Source of the DNA: Octopus sinensis
Lineage: Eukaryota
Reading direction: 5' to 3'
Assembly: GCF_006345805.1 (NCBI RefSeq)
Contig: NW_021832537.1
Coordinates: 1-64,000, forward strand
DNA length: 64,000 bases
Part shown: piece by piece, positions 61,214-64,000 of the stretch
Numbering within the stretch: the stretch's first letter is position 1
Layout: each line of letters opens with the position of its first letter
The notes under the pieces: model-generated
Told to the model about the DNA's origin: nothing
What the model saw: the letters and a program-made list of their open reading frames with translations, nothing else
Database searches by the model: none
Position numbers and translations under genes: made by a program

Positions 61214-64000
61214 TTATCACACACGTGGAGAACTGAGTAGGATCTTTATAATTACGCAAATCTTGCTGAAAATTTTAAAACGCCAGAATAGAGTAGATAA
61301 AAAGGTTTTAGACGAGGTGTAAAAGCGCATATTATCCTAAAATATTTCAAACTGATCCCCTGAAAAAATGAGCTCGATTGTTATCACACGCGTGGAGAAA
61401 TGAGTAGGAATCTTTATAATTACGCAAATCTTGCTGAAAATTTTAAAACGCCAGAATAGAGTAGATAAAAAGGTTTTAGACGAGCTGTAAAAAGCGCATA
61501 TTATCGAGAAATATTTCAAACTGATGCCCTGAAAAAATGAGCTCGATTGTTATCACACGCGTGAAGAACTGAGTAGGGATCTTTATAATTACGCAAATGT
61601 TGCTGAAAATTTTAAAACGCCAGAATAGAGTAGATAAAAAGGTTTTAGACGAGCTGTAAAAAGCGCATATTATCCAGAAATATTTCAAACTGATCCCCTG
61701 AAAAAATGAGCTCAATTGTTATCACACACGTGGAGAACTGAGTAGGATCTTTATAATTACGCAAATGTTGCTGAAAATTTTAAAACGCCAGAATAGAGTA
61801 GATAAAAAGGTTTTAGACGAGCTGTAAAAAGCGCATATTATCGAGAAATATTTCAAACTGATGCCCTGAAAAAATGAGCTCGATTGTTATCACACACGTG
61901 GAGAACTGAGTAGGGATCTTTATAATTACGCAAATCTTGCTGAAAATTTTAAAACGCCAGAATAGAGTAGATAAAAAGGTTTTAGACGAGCTGTAAAAAG
62001 CGCATATTATCGAGAAATATTTCAAACTGATGACCTGAAAAAATGAGCTCGATTGTTATCACACGCGTGAAGAACTGAGTAGGGATCTTTATAATTACGC
62101 AAATGTTGCTGAAAAATTTAAAACGCCAGAATAGAGTAGACAAAAAAGGTTTTAGACGAGCTGTAAAAAGCGCATATTATCAAGAAATATTTCAAACTGA
62201 TCCCCTGAAAAAATGAGCTCGATTGATATCACACACGTGGAGAACTGAGTAGGGATCTTTATAATTACGTAAATCTTGCTGAACAAATTTAAAAGCCAGA
62301 ATAGAGATAGATAAAAAGGTTTTAACGAGCTGTATAACGCATATTATCGAAAATATTTCAAACTGATCCCCTGAAAAAATGAGCTCGATTGTTATCACAC
62401 GCGTGGAGAACTGAGTAGGGATCTTTATAATTACGCAAATCTTGCTGAAAAATTTAAAACGCCAGAATAGAGTAGATAAAAAGGTTTTAGACGAGCTGTA
62501 AAAACGCATATTATCGAGAAATATTTCAAACTGATGACCTGAAAAAATGAGCTCGATTGTTATCACACGCGTGAAGAACTGAGTAGGGATCTTTTAATTA
62601 CGCAAATGTTGCTGAAAATTTAAAACGCCAGAATAGAGTAGACAAAAAAGGTTTTAGACGAGCTGTAAAAAGCGCATATTATCAAGAAATATTCAAACTG
62701 ATCCCCTGAAAATGAGTCTCGATTGTTATACACACGCGGGAGAACTGAGTAGGGATCTTTATAATTACGCAAATCTTGCTGAAAAATTTAAAACGCAAGA
62801 ATAGAGTAGATAAAAAGTTTTAGACGAGGTGTAAAAGCGCATATTATCCTAAAATATTTCAAACTGATCCCCTGAAAAAATGAGCTCGATTGTTATCACA
62901 CGCGTGGAGATGATTAGGAATCTTTATAATTACGCAAATCTTGCTGAAAATTTTAAAACGCCAGAATAGAGTAGATAAAAAGGTTTTAGACGAGCTGAAA
63001 AGCGCATATTATCAAGAAATATTTCAAACTGATCCCCGAAAAAATGAGCTCGATTGATATCACACACGTGGAGAACTGAGTAGGGATCTTATAATTACGC
63101 AAATCTTGCTGAAAAATTAAAACGCCAGAATAGAGTAGATAAAAGGTTGTAGACGAGCTGTAAAAAGCGCATATTATCGAGAAATATTTCAAACTGATGC
63201 CCTGAAAAAATGAGCTCGATTGTTATCACACGCGTGAAGAACTGAGTAGGGATCTTTATAATTACGCAAATGTTGCTGAAAAATTTAAAACGCCAGAATA
63301 GAGTAGATAAAAAGGTTTTAGACGAGCTGTAAAAAGCGCATATTATCAAGAAATATTTCAAACTGATCCCCTGAAAAAATGAGCTCGATTGATATCACAC
63401 ACGTGGAGAACTGAGTAGGGATCTTTATAATTACGTAAATCTTGCTGAAAAATTTAAAACGCCAGAATAGAGTAGATAAAAAGGTTTTAGACGAGCTGTA
63501 TAAAGCGCATATTATCCAGAAATATTTCAAACAGATCCCCTGAAAAAATGAGCTCGATTGATATCACACACGTGGAGAACTGAGTAGGGATCTTTATAAT
63601 TACGCAAATCTTGCTGAAAAATTTAAAACGCCAGAATAGAGTAGATAAAAAGGTTTTAGACGAGCTGTAAAAAGCGCATATTATCGAGAAAATTTCAAAC
63701 TGATCCCCTGAAAAAATGAGCTCGATTGTTATCACACGCGTGGAGAACTGAGTAGGGATCTTTATAATTACGCAAATCTTGCTGAAAAATTTAAAACGCA
63801 AGAATAGAGTAGATAAAAAGGTTTTAGACGAGGTGTAAAAGCGCATATTATCCTAAAATATTTCAAACTGATCCCCAGAAAAAATGAGCTCGATTGTTAT
63901 CACACGCGTGGAGAAATGAGTAGGAATCTTTATAATTACGCAAATCTTGCTGAAAAATTTAAAACGCCAGAATAGAGTAGATAAAAAGGTCTTAGACGAG
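61214..64000. repeat. 169-bp satellite, right block (~16.5 units, runs off window)
   Basis: Same monomer, continuing in register after the hAT insertion. Confidence 0.97.

Noticed and set aside
58227-64000. Many 60-127-aa minus-strand ORFs (MKYFSIICAFYSS...)
   Set aside because: They are translations of the 169-bp satellite in shifting frames. The period is not a multiple of 3.

Overview
Eukaryotic (animal) genomic DNA with extremely short GT-AG introns. The ones I reconstructed by hand are mostly 21-34 nt. Together with an Arrowhead/Lhx6-8 homeobox gene and a ciliary DUF4200 gene, this points by inference to a miniaturised ciliated metazoan such as a dicyemid. Layout: (i) 1-17.7 kb is AT-rich and TE-laden, with HIPK, an unassigned acidic gene and PIG-O-like copy 1. 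(ii) About 18.2-36.6 kb is a GC-richer, tightly packed gene block with no TE I could detect: CCDC42-like, MED15, Awh/Lhx6-8, SMC1, coronin, a coiled-coil gene, TMEM50, PEPCK and a divergent CUL3. (iii) 37-58 kb is AT-rich and TE-laden, with PIG-O-like copy 2, pyruvate kinase and malate dehydrogenase. (iv) From 58.2 kb to the end is a 169-bp satellite interrupted by a 1.84-kb hAT transposon. Most notable: two unrelated hAT transposases carry host-style 23-33-nt introns; a ~3.4-kb direct repeat containing the PIG-O-like gene brackets the GC-rich gene block; and PEPCK, PK and a presequence-less MDH2-type gene lie co-oriented within 25 kb. No CRISPR array, rRNA or complete tRNA is supported. All gene models were made by eye and family calls come from recalled motifs, not database searches.
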